NCBI GenBank assembly: GCA_001873745.1
Contig: MNZQ01000162.1
Span: 1 to 50,210 of the forward strand
Direction of reading: 5' to 3'
DNA: 50,210 nucleotides
Origin: Syntrophaceae bacterium CG2_30_58_14
GTDB taxonomy: Bacteria; Desulfobacterota; Syntrophia; Syntrophales; UBA5619
Position 1 is the stretch's first letter. Every line of letters begins with the position of its first letter. Shown one piece after another: positions 31,150-40,546 of this stretch. A program made the position numbers and the translations under genes. Under the pieces are notes generated by a model. It saw nothing but the letters and a program-made list of their open reading frames with translations. It was not told where the DNA came from and did no database searches.

Positions 31150-32922
31150 ATGATGTCCGCAGGAAGACTCCCGACGACCCGCTGGCGCTTGCGGGAGGGA
31201 AACCAGGATATCGAGGAGCTGCTGGTCCGGGAGTTAGGGATCAGCCCGATCATCTCCCGAATCATGATGAGCCGTGAAATCTGCGATCCGGATGTCGTCC
31301 GCCGCTACCTCTCCCCTTCCCTTCAGGACCTGCACAATCCCTTTCTGATGCAGGATATGAAAGAGGCGGTTGACCGCCTCATCCTCGCCGTTTACCGGAA
31401 CGAAAAAGTGGTCGTCTATGGGGATTACGATGCCGATGGAATTACCTCCGTCGTCGTCCTGATCCATTTTCTCCGAGGGATTTATCCCGGAGCGACCTAC
31501 CATATCCCCGACCGGATCACGGAGGGCTATGGTCTAAACCGGGGTGCGGTCGAACGGTTCCGCTCCCAGGGGATCGGCCTGATCGTTACCGTCGATTGCG
31601 GCATCTCGGATCATGACGCGGTTGCGTATGCACGGCAATTAGGGATGGACACGATTATCCTGGATCATCATGAACTTTCCGACACCCTCCCCGCGGCGGC
31701 GGCGGCGGTCAATCCGAAGCGGGCGGATTGCCGCTTCCCGTTCAAGCATCTGGCCGCCGTCGGCATCGTCTTCAACTTTCTGATCGCGATGCGCGGCGCG
31801 CTGCGCCGGGAAGGGTTCTGGCGGAACGATTCCTATCCCAACCTGCGGGAATATCTCGATCTTGTGGCTCTCGGAACGATCGGCGACATCGTGCCGCTCA
31901 TTGACGAAAACCGGATATTCGTCAAAATCGGCCTCGATCTGATATCGGAGGAGAGAAGAATCGGTTTGCGCGCCTTGAAACAGGTGTCCGGGTTGGAGCA
32001 TCAGGTGATCGATTCGAGCAAGGCATCCTTTACGCTGATTCCCAGAATCAATGCGGCGGGACGGATCGCCTCGGCCGCCGAGGCCGTAGAGCTCCTGCTC
32101 TCCGAGAATCTGGATCAGGCCGAAGGGCTTGCCCGAAAACTGGACGGTTTCAACCGGAAGCGCCAGGCGATGGAGAAGGTGATCTTCAAGGAGATTCTGG
32201 AAAAGGTCGAAAAAGGGATTGCGGTCGGGGAGAGCGGACCGCTCGTCTTCGCTTCGCCCCATTGGCACCCGGGCATCCTCGGCATCGTCGCCTCCAGGCT
32301 CGTCGATCGCTTCGGCAGGCCGGCCATTCTGATCAGTCTGAAGGACGGGGTCGGAAAGGGATCGGGACGCAGCGTCGCCGATTTCAATATTTTCGAGGGG
32401 CTGAAACGCTGTCAGGCGCATCTTCTCTCCTACGGCGGCCACCACTACGCCGCGGGCATTTCGATCCGTGAAGAGGATATCGCTCCTTTTTCAAAACTGC
32501 TCCGCGAGATCGTCCGTGAAAATGGCCCGGAACCCGATTTTGCGGTCTTAACAACCATCGATGCGCAGTGCAGTCTGATGGACATCACGCATGAGCTTCT
32601 CTCCCAGATCGAGCAACTGGCCCCCTTCGGAAGCCGGAACCCGGAGCCGGTCTTCTGCGTCCGGAATGTCAGCGTGGCCTCCCCGTCGATTGTCGGGAAC
32701 AACCATCTGAAGATGCGCGTCAGCCATGACGGCGTATCCCGGAACTCCATCTGGTTCAGCAGCGGACAATACCTTCCGGAACTCTCCGCGGCGGTCCTGG
32801 ATATCGTGTTCACACCGCAAATCAATACCTGGAACGGCAACGCGGATATCCAGCTCAAGATGAGGGATGTGGCCGTTCAGCCGAATGGGGACACGATCCG
32901 AATCGTGTCCCCAACGTCTTAG
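31150..32922 (+). CDS. recJ: Single-stranded-DNA-specific exonuclease RecJ
   Basis: DHH motifs (VVVYGDYDADGITS, TVDCGIS, ILDHHE) and DHHA1 (GGHHYAAG). 590 aa. Confidence 0.92.
   Translation: MMSAGRLPTTRWRLREGNQDIEELLVRELGISPIISRIMMSREICDPDVVRRYLSPSLQDLHNPFLMQDMKEAVDRLILAVYRNEKVVVYGDYDADGITSVVVLIHFLRGIYPGATYHIPDRITEGYGLNRGAVERFRSQGIGLIVTVDCGISDHDAVAYARQLGMDTIILDHHELSDTLPAAAAAVNPKRADCRFPFKHLAAVGIVFNFLIAMRGALRREGFWRNDSYPNLREYLDLVALGTIGDIVPLIDENRIFVKIGLDLISEERRIGLRALKQVSGLEHQVIDSSKASFTLIPRINAAGRIASAAEAVELLLSENLDQAEGLARKLDGFNRKRQAMEKVIFKEILEKVEKGIAVGESGPLVFASPHWHPGILGIVASRLVDRFGRPAILISLKDGVGKGSGRSVADFNIFEGLKRCQAHLLSYGGHHYAAGISIREEDIAPFSKLLREIVRENGPEPDFAVLTTIDAQCSLMDITHELLSQIEQLAPFGSRNPEPVFCVRNVSVASPSIVGNNHLKMRVSHDGVSRNSIWFSSGQYLPELSAAVLDIVFTPQINTWNGNADIQLKMRDVAVQPNGDTIRIVSPTS
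32887..32912. repeat. Perfect palindrome GGGGACACGAT-CCGA-ATCGTGTCCCC at the recJ 3' end
   Basis: 11-bp arms and a 4-nt loop. It is read in frame as GDTIRIVSP, the last residues of RecJ, and lies 7 nt before the convergent stop codons of recJ and the DUF2156 gene. Confidence 0.75.
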
Positions 32923-33848
32923 CGGAGGGTCAGGGCATAGGACTTGATGCGGAGGACGGGGTTGTAGGACTGTTTGGATTCAGCCAGATGGGGCAGGTTC
33001 ATGTCGCTCTCCTTGTTGACATAGCGAAACTCGCGGAAAAGCCTTTTGGCGCATTCATTGTCGAGAAACTGATACAGGCCCTTGATTTCGGAATCGGCCT
33101 TTTCGAAATTGAGTGTGGCGGTCGTCTCGTTCAATCGCGTCCCGATTCCAAAAGCGGACACCCGACCGTCCACACGGATCAGGAGACCCTTCCATTCAAG
33201 ACGCTCCATGTTCTCGAGCGTTGTGATCACCGCATTCTTTTCGCAGGCCAAATCGCTTTCCGGATCGGCGTCACAGTCGCGCTGCTCGCACCAGATGTCA
33301 AGAAATTGGAGACATTCCGCTACGTCCGGCGAATGGATCTCTTCCACCGCCACGCGGTCCTTTCTCAGATATTCCCTTGTGAACTGATTGATAAGGTTAC
33401 GTTTTTTTGAATATTTGTTTCCTCTGAGATGAATCAGATCCTCCGTCAGATAGATGTAATCCTCGTATCCCTGCTGCTCTTTTAGGTCAAAGAGGGCCTC
33501 TAATTCCGAACGATCCAGCGTCTCCATGTAATCCGCGGGGACGCACCAGTACCGTTCGAAACCCATCCTTTCGGCATACCGATGCAGCTCTGCCGGCGAA
33601 GAGAGCCGTTCTTGCGCAAGGGGAAGGATGAGATGGCGATTGGGGACACGATGCCCCATCGTGTCCCCATCTTCCATTTCACCGGCGATGAAGAGTTTTC
33701 CCTCTTCCACGGCGTAATAGGCCTTGAATGAACGGTAGCTCCAGGCGATAAGGGAGGCCGGAGAATAGACGCAGAGACTGTAAGGATGTCCGGCAAAGAA
33801 CGGCTTCAGGATCCAATAATCTTCGACTGCAACCGGTTTAAAGTTCAT
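32919..33848 (-). CDS. DUF2156 (MprF C-terminal / aminoacyl-phosphatidylglycerol synthase-like, dupli-GNAT) domain protein, soluble
   Basis: 309 aa. LRGNKYSKKRNLINQF, LIRVDGRVSAFGIG and NFEKADSEIKGLYQFL resemble the DUF2156 core. There is no membrane domain. Confidence 0.65.
   Translation of the reverse strand: MNFKPVAVEDYWILKPFFAGHPYSLCVYSPASLIAWSYRSFKAYYAVEEGKLFIAGEMEDGDTMGHRVPNRHLILPLAQERLSSPAELHRYAERMGFERYWCVPADYMETLDRSELEALFDLKEQQGYEDYIYLTEDLIHLRGNKYSKKRNLINQFTREYLRKDRVAVEEIHSPDVAECLQFLDIWCEQRDCDADPESDLACEKNAVITTLENMERLEWKGLLIRVDGRVSAFGIGTRLNETTATLNFEKADSEIKGLYQFLDNECAKRLFREFRYVNKESDMNLPHLAESKQSYNPVLRIKSYALTLR
33642..33668. repeat. Perfect palindrome GGGGACACGATG-CCC-CATCGTGTCCCC inside the DUF2156 coding sequence
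   Basis: 12-bp arms and a 3-nt loop, 27 nt in total, equal to 9 in-frame codons (GDTMGHRVP on the minus strand). Confidence 0.75.
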
Positions 33849-34345
33849 GATTCACGGATCATCAGCATCGGAACGGCGGCGGGCATCTCCCGGAAACCGG
33901 CTTGGCGATAAAGGTTTGCTGAACCGGGTTCCGCAATGAGCCCGATCCAGCGCAGGCCGTCGGCATGGAGACGCTCCAGGATGGTCCGGAGGATTTTGCC
34001 GCCGATGCCCTGATGCCGGCGATCGCTGCGGACGGTCAGATCCTGGATGTAGGCGTCGCTGATGCCATCGCTGATCGCCCTTCCCATTCCCACGATCTTC
34101 TCTCCTTCCAGCGCGACGACGAAACAGTGACTTCCCGCGACCAGCTTCCGAATCCATCGCGGACTGTCGTCATCGCACGCCTGTCGCCATCCCTGTGCGC
34201 GGTAAAGCCCCGCGATCAGCCGGCTCTGTTCCGCGGTAGGCGCGTCGATTACCATACAGTTGACCCTCAGGTTATCCAAAGCCCTCCCCCTGTTCTCGTC
34301 TTGGAATGCGGGATTCTCTTTGCCAGCATAGATTCTCCCGGTCAT
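33845..34345 (-). CDS. GNAT family N-acetyltransferase
   Basis: Motif A RRHQGIGGKILRTILERL and the C-terminal LYRQAGFRE. It overlaps the DUF2156 start by 4 nt (ATGA). An alternative start at ATG 34255 (GAGGG upstream) would give 136 aa. Confidence 0.8.
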   Translation of the reverse strand: MTGRIYAGKENPAFQDENRGRALDNLRVNCMVIDAPTAEQSRLIAGLYRAQGWRQACDDDSPRWIRKLVAGSHCFVVALEGEKIVGMGRAISDGISDAYIQDLTVRSDRRHQGIGGKILRTILERLHADGLRWIGLIAEPGSANLYRQAGFREMPAAVPMLMIRES

Positions 34346-34365
34346 CGATTCGAGAAACGTTGGGT

Positions 34366-34394
34366 ACTATACGGCCTGAATCGTGCGGTGTCAA
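34366..34394 (-). promoter_or_regulatory. Near-consensus sigma-70 promoter for the GNAT-DUF2156 pair (TTGACA-17 nt-TATAGT on minus strand)
   Basis: Minus strand reads TTGACA (34394-34389), a 17-nt spacer, and TATAGT (34371-34366), just upstream of the GNAT ORF. Confidence 0.5.
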
Positions 34395-34470
34395 GTCAGA
34401 CCTGGCCGACGCGCAAGCAAATAGATCGGTTCCGGAATCCGTTTCTCAAAAAAAGGGAGAACAGTCCTGA

Positions 34471-35838
34471 TTAATGAATCCCCAGTTTCTCACTGCGGTA
34501 ATGAAGAGAATCGTAACTGATTTTGAGCAGTTCAGCAGCGCGGGATTTTGAACCGCTGGCCTTTTCCAACGCCTTTTCGATCAGCCGCTTTTCGAAAATC
34601 GCCAGTTCACCATTGAGATTGAGTCCATCATCCGACAGAGCCGGGATCGTCTTTTCCTCTTCCCCGCTGATCTCCTTCGAGAGGATGAGATTCTCAGGAA
34701 GGATGATATTCGAGGTCTCCAGCGCAACGCTCCGTTCGATGATGTTTTGTAACTCGCGAATATTGCCGGGGAAAGGATACTCCATCAGCAGCTCCAGCGC
34801 ATAGGCGGATATCGTTATGATCTCCTTTCCGAATTCACGCGAATATTTCTCAATGAAATGTTTCGTCAGAATCGGGATGTCCTCCTTCCTCTCCCGGAGG
34901 GGAGGGAGTTGGAGCGGGATGACGTTGAGTCTGTAATAGAGATCTTCCCGGAATGTCCCGGTTTTCACGTTATCCGCGAGATTCTGATGGGTGGCGGAGA
35001 TGATGCGGACATCGACCTGGATATCTTTGGCGCCACCGATGCGACGAAATGTTTTTTCCTGGACAACCCTCAGAAGCTTGACTTGAAGAGGCGGAGGCAA
35101 CTCGGCAATCTCATCCAGAAAAATGGTTCCCCCCCGGGCTGCCTTGAAAAGCCCGCCCTTGTCCGTATAGGCCCCGGTAAAGGCCCCCTTGATGTAGCCG
35201 AAGAGCTCGCTTTCCAGAAGGTTCTCCGAAATTCCTCCGCAATTGATGACCAGAAAAGGCATCTTCCGGCGGGAGCTGTTCTCGTGAATGGATCTGGCGA
35301 CGAGCTCCTTGCCCGTACCACTCTCTCCAAGGATCAGGACGTTGGCGGGCGTGTCCGCAACCTTCTTGATCGTTGCATAGACCTTTAGCATCTCAGGGCT
35401 GCTGCCGATCATGTTTCCAAAGCGTACCGCCTCTCCCCCCTCCTTGAGAAAGAGGGCATCGTCCCGGTTCACCCCTTTCTTGGCCAGCGCATCTCGAACG
35501 ATTCTCTTCAAGTCCTCGATCGCGAAATCCTTTTCGATGTAGTCATAGGCCCCTTCCTTCATCGCGTTGACGGCCGTCCCTCCGGACGCGTAGGCCGTGA
35601 TGAGGATGACCATTGTTTCCGGGGAAAGCTGCTTGACCTCCTTGAGAAACGCGATCCCGTCCATCTTCGGCATCTTCAGGTCCGTAATGACCAGATCGAA
35701 GGTCTCTTTCCGGCACCGGGCGAGGGCCTTGCCGGCATCGCTGGCCGTGACAACCCGGTAGCCTTCACGGGTCATCATGATCTCCAGAAATTCGCGCATT
35801 CCTTGGTCATCGTCCACCACAAGGATCTTGGCCATCAT
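34471..35838 (-). CDS. Sigma-54-dependent response regulator (NtrC family: REC, AAA+, Fis-type HTH)
   Basis: REC domain (ILVVDDD..., DLVITDLKMPKMDG), GESGTGKE, GAFTGA, and a C-terminal HTH (AAELLKISYDSLHYR). Confidence 0.93.
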   Translation of the reverse strand: MMAKILVVDDDQGMREFLEIMMTREGYRVVTASDAGKALARCRKETFDLVITDLKMPKMDGIAFLKEVKQLSPETMVILITAYASGGTAVNAMKEGAYDYIEKDFAIEDLKRIVRDALAKKGVNRDDALFLKEGGEAVRFGNMIGSSPEMLKVYATIKKVADTPANVLILGESGTGKELVARSIHENSSRRKMPFLVINCGGISENLLESELFGYIKGAFTGAYTDKGGLFKAARGGTIFLDEIAELPPPLQVKLLRVVQEKTFRRIGGAKDIQVDVRIISATHQNLADNVKTGTFREDLYYRLNVIPLQLPPLRERKEDIPILTKHFIEKYSREFGKEIITISAYALELLMEYPFPGNIRELQNIIERSVALETSNIILPENLILSKEISGEEEKTIPALSDDGLNLNGELAIFEKRLIEKALEKASGSKSRAAELLKISYDSLHYRSEKLGIH

Positions 35839-35850
35839 TTCCCTCCCATC

Positions 35851-37554
35851 TCATGAAATGGTCCGGTTCCCTTCCGCGGTGAGAATCTGTGCGGGAAACC
35901 ATATCCTGCAGGTCGTACCGCTGCCCGCTTCCGATTGAATATCGATACTCCCCCGGTAGCCTTCCAGTATCCGGCTGACCACCGCCAGGCCCAGCCCCGT
36001 CCCTACATCCCGCGTCGTATAGAAAGGCTCGAATATCTTTCGAAGATCCTCATTTTTGATACCGCATCCTGTGTCGCTGATTCTAATTTCCACGCCGGCT
36101 CTCCCATCATTCCGGGCAGCACGGGCTTCAACCGTCAGGTCACCCCCCTCCGGCATGGCTTGAACCGCGTTGAGGATCAGATTCCAGAAAACCTGTCGGA
36201 TTTCGGTCTTGTTCGCTTGAATCCCCAAAGGACCCTCCGGCAGGATAAGGTCGATCCGGAGGGGTTCAGGCCAGTCGGGGACGCAGCGCAGGGAATCGAG
36301 AACATCCCGGATCGCGCCCCTGACGTCGATCTCCTCGCAAACCCCGGGCGCCGGTCTTGCCATCAAAAGAAAATCCTTCAGAAAACTCTCCAACTGATCT
36401 TTCCCGCGGAGGATGATCTGCATCAGCTTCTGGTTGGTTTCCGTCGGAGGAATGTCCTGTTTGAGCATTTGTATCGAACCACTGATGGAGGCGAGCGGAT
36501 TCCGGATCTCATGCGCAAGGCCGGCGGCCATGCCGCCGATGAAGGCGAGGCGGCGGCTCTTTTCCAGAGATTCCCTCATTTCGTTGATTTCCGTTAAATT
36601 TTGAAAGATGATGATCTCTCCGATCGCAAATCCCTGGGGATCGTGGAGGGGCGACAGGGCGCCGCCGAGAATCAGGCTCCGACCGTCAACTGTACGAAAT
36701 GTGGTTTCAAAACGGGTTTTTGCGACCGATTTGGACGCATTCGATTTCCGCCCTTTCAGAAAAGGGGGAAAATCCGGGAAGACCTCGGCCAGGGTACGAT
36801 TTTCAACGTCGTGGAAAGAAAGACCGGTAATCTCTGCGGCTGCCGGGTTGAACGACTTGATCCGCCCCTCCGGATTGATGCTCAGGATACCGGTGTCCAC
36901 CGATTCGATGATGCTCCGGTGCAGAATATCGAGCTGATCGAAGGCGCTCTGTTTCTCGGCAAGGAGGGTTCGGGTCCTTTTCTCCTGCTCGGCGACAAAA
37001 CTGGTCAGAACGGCGATGAAGTAAAAGGAGAGGATATGGGTGATGATCCGGGTGAAGACATAGCCTGCATTCAACCGGTCATCCGGAATGGGGATCGAGA
37101 AAATGGGATAGATAACCCCGTAAAATTCCAGATCGGCAAAGAGGCCGTAAAAAATCCCGGCCGCAGAGGCGATCACCAGACCGCCCCGCCTCCCGAGAAA
37201 GAGAACGGCGTAGATGATGACCAGCGGATAGAAGACGGAATAGATGCTGTGGATGCCTCCCGTGCCGTAAACCATCGCCGTGATCAGAATGACGTCGCAC
37301 AGGCTTTGAATATAGATGTTCAACGGAAGATTCCGGATATATTTGAGAAGCGAAAGATAGACAATCGAAAGAATATAGGTCAGCAGAATCGTCTTGAAAA
37401 GGGTGGACGCGGAGATCGCCGACAGGGTCCCCATGCCTTTGACCTCGACGAAGGTCGCAATTCCGAGCAGGAAGGTGACGATGGCCACCCTCGAAAGCAT
37501 CAGCCAGCGGAGTCGGGATGACCTGTTATCGGGCAAAGGCGGTTTTGGAGTCAT
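35851..37554 (-). CDS. Sensor histidine kinase with multi-TM N-terminal domain, PAS, HisKA and HATPase (PilS/NtrB-like)
   Basis: About 6 TM helices, a PAS region, H-box HEIRNPLASISGS, N box NLILNAVQA and G box GTGLGLAVV. It lies 12 nt upstream of the NtrC-type regulator. Confidence 0.9.
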   Translation of the reverse strand: MTPKPPLPDNRSSRLRWLMLSRVAIVTFLLGIATFVEVKGMGTLSAISASTLFKTILLTYILSIVYLSLLKYIRNLPLNIYIQSLCDVILITAMVYGTGGIHSIYSVFYPLVIIYAVLFLGRRGGLVIASAAGIFYGLFADLEFYGVIYPIFSIPIPDDRLNAGYVFTRIITHILSFYFIAVLTSFVAEQEKRTRTLLAEKQSAFDQLDILHRSIIESVDTGILSINPEGRIKSFNPAAAEITGLSFHDVENRTLAEVFPDFPPFLKGRKSNASKSVAKTRFETTFRTVDGRSLILGGALSPLHDPQGFAIGEIIIFQNLTEINEMRESLEKSRRLAFIGGMAAGLAHEIRNPLASISGSIQMLKQDIPPTETNQKLMQIILRGKDQLESFLKDFLLMARPAPGVCEEIDVRGAIRDVLDSLRCVPDWPEPLRIDLILPEGPLGIQANKTEIRQVFWNLILNAVQAMPEGGDLTVEARAARNDGRAGVEIRISDTGCGIKNEDLRKIFEPFYTTRDVGTGLGLAVVSRILEGYRGSIDIQSEAGSGTTCRIWFPAQILTAEGNRTIS

Positions 37555-37662
37555 GGGGACTCTCTTTTCGTTTTGAGATAAGTTGAAAGCGCCACAGCAA
37601 AGTCGCCGACAGGCTACTTTCAGTCCGGGAAAAAGTCAACACCGTTCAGCATGACCTTTCTA

Positions 37663-37691
37663 TTGACAAGCGATCACTTTCTTTCTATGAT
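37663..37691 (+). promoter_or_regulatory. Candidate sigma-70 promoter for comEC (TTGACA-17 nt-TATGAT)
   Basis: TTGACA at 37663-37668, a 17-nt spacer, and TATGAT at 37686-37691, about 80 nt upstream of ATG 37770. Confidence 0.45.
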
Positions 37692-37769
37692 CGCATCCCA
37701 CGGCCTCTTAAGTTTTGCTCCATCGCCGACCTTCCTTAAAAACCTGTTCTCGGATAAAGGTTTACAGCG

Positions 37770-40412
37770 ATGACCAGACCCTTTCTCCCTCTAACTGCGG
37801 CACTCATGGCGGGCATCTCCTGCGGAAACCTTTTCCGGATTTCCGACCTTCCCGTTCAGCTCTCGCTGCTGATTGCGCTGACCCTGACCCTGCTGTCCCG
37901 GATATGGAGCAAGCGCAAACCGATCCATTTCTATTTCCTGCTGCTCCTCTCCATCTTTCTTCTCGGCATCCTCGCGATGAATCTCTACCTTGATCCCCCG
38001 ATTGCGGAAAACCATATCCTGCGTTTTGTCAGCGATAAAAAGCTCAGTGTCGAAGGGATGATCTGCGAGAACCCTCAAGTATCACCTGAGAAAACCGAGC
38101 TGGTGGTTTCCGTCTCCTCGATTCGGCGTGACGGAAGTTCTCTTCCGGTTTCGGGACGTGTGCTTTTGAACATCCGTGAGCCCTACCCTTTCCGCTACGG
38201 GGATTTCATCCGTTTCCATACCCGGTTGAGAATCCCCAGGAATTTTCAGAACCCCGGCGGTTTCGATTACGAAAAATATCTCCGTTTCCGTGGAATTCTG
38301 GTGAGGGGGTTCATCAAAGACGCCACCGGATTTGTCGTTTTGCGCCGGGAACGAGGCCATCCCCTCCGGACGTGGCTGGAGCATTTTCGCGATCTGATCC
38401 GCAATGCCATTATGGAAAAGGCGCCGGGAACGGAGGGGGCGATCATTCAGGCGATGATCCTCGGCGATCAGAAGGCGATCCCGAAAGAGGTCATGGAAAA
38501 GTTTAATCGGACGGGTACTACGCACATCATCGCCATCTCGGGGTTCAATATCGGCATGGTTGCGGTATTTGCCCTTTTTCTGGCGCGTTTGTGCCTGAAA
38601 ACGGAATACCTGCTGCTGAACTGGAATGTGGCCAAGCTCTCGATGTATTTTGCAATCTTCGTCGTCGTCCTCTACACATTTATTGCCGGAGCGGGCATTT
38701 CGGTTGTCCGGGCCTCGATCATGGTCGCGGTCTTTCTGTGCGCCATTCTCCTCAACCGTGAAGGCGATCTTTACAACACCCTTGCCCTGGCCGCTTTTCT
38801 GATCCTGATCATCACCCCCTATTCGCTCTTCGACATCTCTTTTCAGCTCTCCTTTGCCGCGGTGGCAGCGCTGATCTTTTTCATGCCGAAGTGGCTCGCC
38901 CTCATGACTTCCCCTCCACCGAGAGTGGCTGCCGGTCGGACGCGGGAATGGACTCTCCAACAGATTCATAAAGCTTTGCGGGGCATCGTGATCTTCTTCC
39001 TCGCCTCGCTCTGCGCTACGCTGGGAACACTGCCGCTGATTCTCCTCTACTTCAACCGATTTTCGCTGATTACCCTTGTGGCAAACCTCGTCTGTGTTCC
39101 CATCCTCGGCGTTGTGGCGATCCCGGTTTGTCTGGCCATCATCCTGGCCGTGCCGCTCTCGACCACACTGGCCGACGGGGTCATCCGACTGTCTGAAATT
39201 CTCGTGCAAATTTCTCTTTTCTTCGTTGACCGTCTGGCGGCCCTGCCCTGGGCCTCTGTTTATGTTTCGACGCCCACCTTGCCGGAAATCGGCGCCTTTT
39301 ATCTTCTGCTGATCTGGGGCGGTCTGCTGTTGAAATGGTTCGCAACGCGCCGGAACTCCAAAACCGCTCTGAAAATGCCCCTGCTGATGAAGGCGGTTCC
39401 GGTCATCCTTGCCCTTTTTTTCACCATCGACGGCGTCCATCTTTATCTCCGGGGGATTCAGCAGGGACGCCTTTCCCTGACCGCCGTAGATGTCGGTCAG
39501 GGAAACAGCATCCTGATCCGGCTTCCCGGCGGGAAAAAGATGCTGGTCGATGGCGGCGGTTTCTTCGACGACAGCTTCGATCTGGGGAAATTTGTGCTGG
39601 CCCCATACCTCTGGCATGAGCGGATCTCACGGATCGATACGGTGGTCCTGACCCATCCCCATCCGGACCACCTGCAGGGGCTCCTGTTCATCCTGGAGAA
39701 CTTTCACGTCCGGGAGGTGTGGACCAATGGCGAGACGTCGGACACGGAGCTTTACCTTTCCTTCCGGCGGATCATCCGGGAAAAAGGGATTGTTCTGTGG
39801 ACCCTGTCGGAGAGGACGCCGGCGATAGACGTTTCCGGGGTTGGAATCCATTTTCTGAATCCGGAGGGAAGTGCAATCCAGAAGGAAGTGCCGGATGCCC
39901 CTGCCATTCGGCCCGATGACGATGATACGGCGAAGAGGGCCCTTTCAGCCATTCGGTCCGGTGGCGACGATACGGGAAAGATGGCCCCCCTTGCCACTCC
40001 GCCCATTGCCGCAAAGTCCGCCGCCCGGCTTTTTGATACAACCAACGACCGTTCCCTCGCCATGAAACTCTCCTTCGCCGGGCGCCGTTTTCTGCTGCCG
40101 GCGGATATCTCGGCGGGCGTCGAGAATCGTCTAATTCATGCCGGGGTCGATCTGCAGAGCGATGTGATTTTCATCCCACATCACGGGAGCTACCGTTCCA
40201 GCAGCATCCCCTTTATTGAAAAGGTAAAACCACAGATCGCCGTGGTCAGTTGCGGTGCGGAAAACGTCTTCGGTTTCCCCCACCCGGATGTCCTCCGGCG
40301 GTACGAAACGGTCAAGGCGCAGCTCTACCGGACGGATCGCAACGGCGCCGTCACCATCACCACGGATGGCCAAAAACTCGCCGTCGACGTTTTCAACCCC
40401 GGAAATCCCTGA
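37770..40412 (+). CDS. comEC: DNA internalization-related competence protein ComEC/Rec2
   Basis: 880 aa. N-terminal DUF4131-like OB region, a multi-TM competence domain ([12 protein letters not shown]), and a C-terminal metallo-beta-lactamase domain ([18 protein letters not shown]). Confidence 0.9.
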   Translation: MTRPFLPLTAALMAGISCGNLFRISDLPVQLSLLIALTLTLLSRIWSKRKPIHFYFLLLLSIFLLGILAMNLYLDPPIAENHILRFVSDKKLSVEGMICENPQVSPEKTELVVSVSSIRRDGSSLPVSGRVLLNIREPYPFRYGDFIRFHTRLRIPRNFQNPGGFDYEKYLRFRGILVRGFIKDATGFVVLRRERGHPLRTWLEHFRDLIRNAIMEKAPGTEGAIIQAMILGDQKAIPKEVMEKFNRTGTTHIIAISGFNIGMVAVFALFLARLCLKTEYLLLNWNVAKLSMYFAIFVVVLYTFIAGAGISVVRASIMVAVFLCAILLNREGDLYNTLALAAFLILIITPYSLFDISFQLSFAAVAALIFFMPKWLALMTSPPPRVAAGRTREWTLQQIHKALRGIVIFFLASLCATLGTLPLILLYFNRFSLITLVANLVCVPILGVVAIPVCLAIILAVPLSTTLADGVIRLSEILVQISLFFVDRLAALPWASVYVSTPTLPEIGAFYLLLIWGGLLLKWFATRRNSKTALKMPLLMKAVPVILALFFTIDGVHLYLRGIQQGRLSLTAVDVGQGNSILIRLPGGKKMLVDGGGFFDDSFDLGKFVLAPYLWHERISRIDTVVLTHPHPDHLQGLLFILENFHVREVWTNGETSDTELYLSFRRIIREKGIVLWTLSERTPAIDVSGVGIHFLNPEGSAIQKEVPDAPAIRPDDDDTAKRALSAIRSGGDDTGKMAPLATPPIAAKSAARLFDTTNDRSLAMKLSFAGRRFLLPADISAGVENRLIHAGVDLQSDVIFIPHHGSYRSSSIPFIEKVKPQIAVVSCGAENVFGFPHPDVLRRYETVKAQLYRTDRNGAVTITTDGQKLAVDVFNPGNP
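39903..39992 (+). repeat. Imperfect 45-nt tandem duplication inside the comEC beta-lactamase domain
   Basis: GCCATTCGGCCCGATGACGATGATACGGCGAAGAGGGCCC... / GCCATTCGGTCCGGTGGCGACGATACGGGAAAGATGGCCC..., 33/40 identical over the first 40 nt. They encode [15 protein letters not shown] / [15 protein letters not shown]. Confidence 0.6.
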
Positions 40413-40546
40413 TCGCGCACAAAAAAAGGTCGCAGAAACGATTATTAGGTTCCGGATGATTTCTCGTCATTCCTGTTGCGTTTATCGCGTCGTTATGCTA
40501 TCAGAATCGGCCTTAAATTCAGAAGATCGGGAGAGGTTTTTAAACG

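Noticed and set aside
30969-31277. 102-codon ORF between rpmB and recJ
   Set aside because: It spans the rpmB terminator hairpin and overlaps the recJ start out of frame. It has Ala/Gly/Arg-rich composition and no motifs.
32262-32282. TGGCAC (sigma-54 -24-like) inside recJ
   Set aside because: No TTGC-type -12 element sits at the required 4-5-nt spacing, and it lies in the middle of a coding region.
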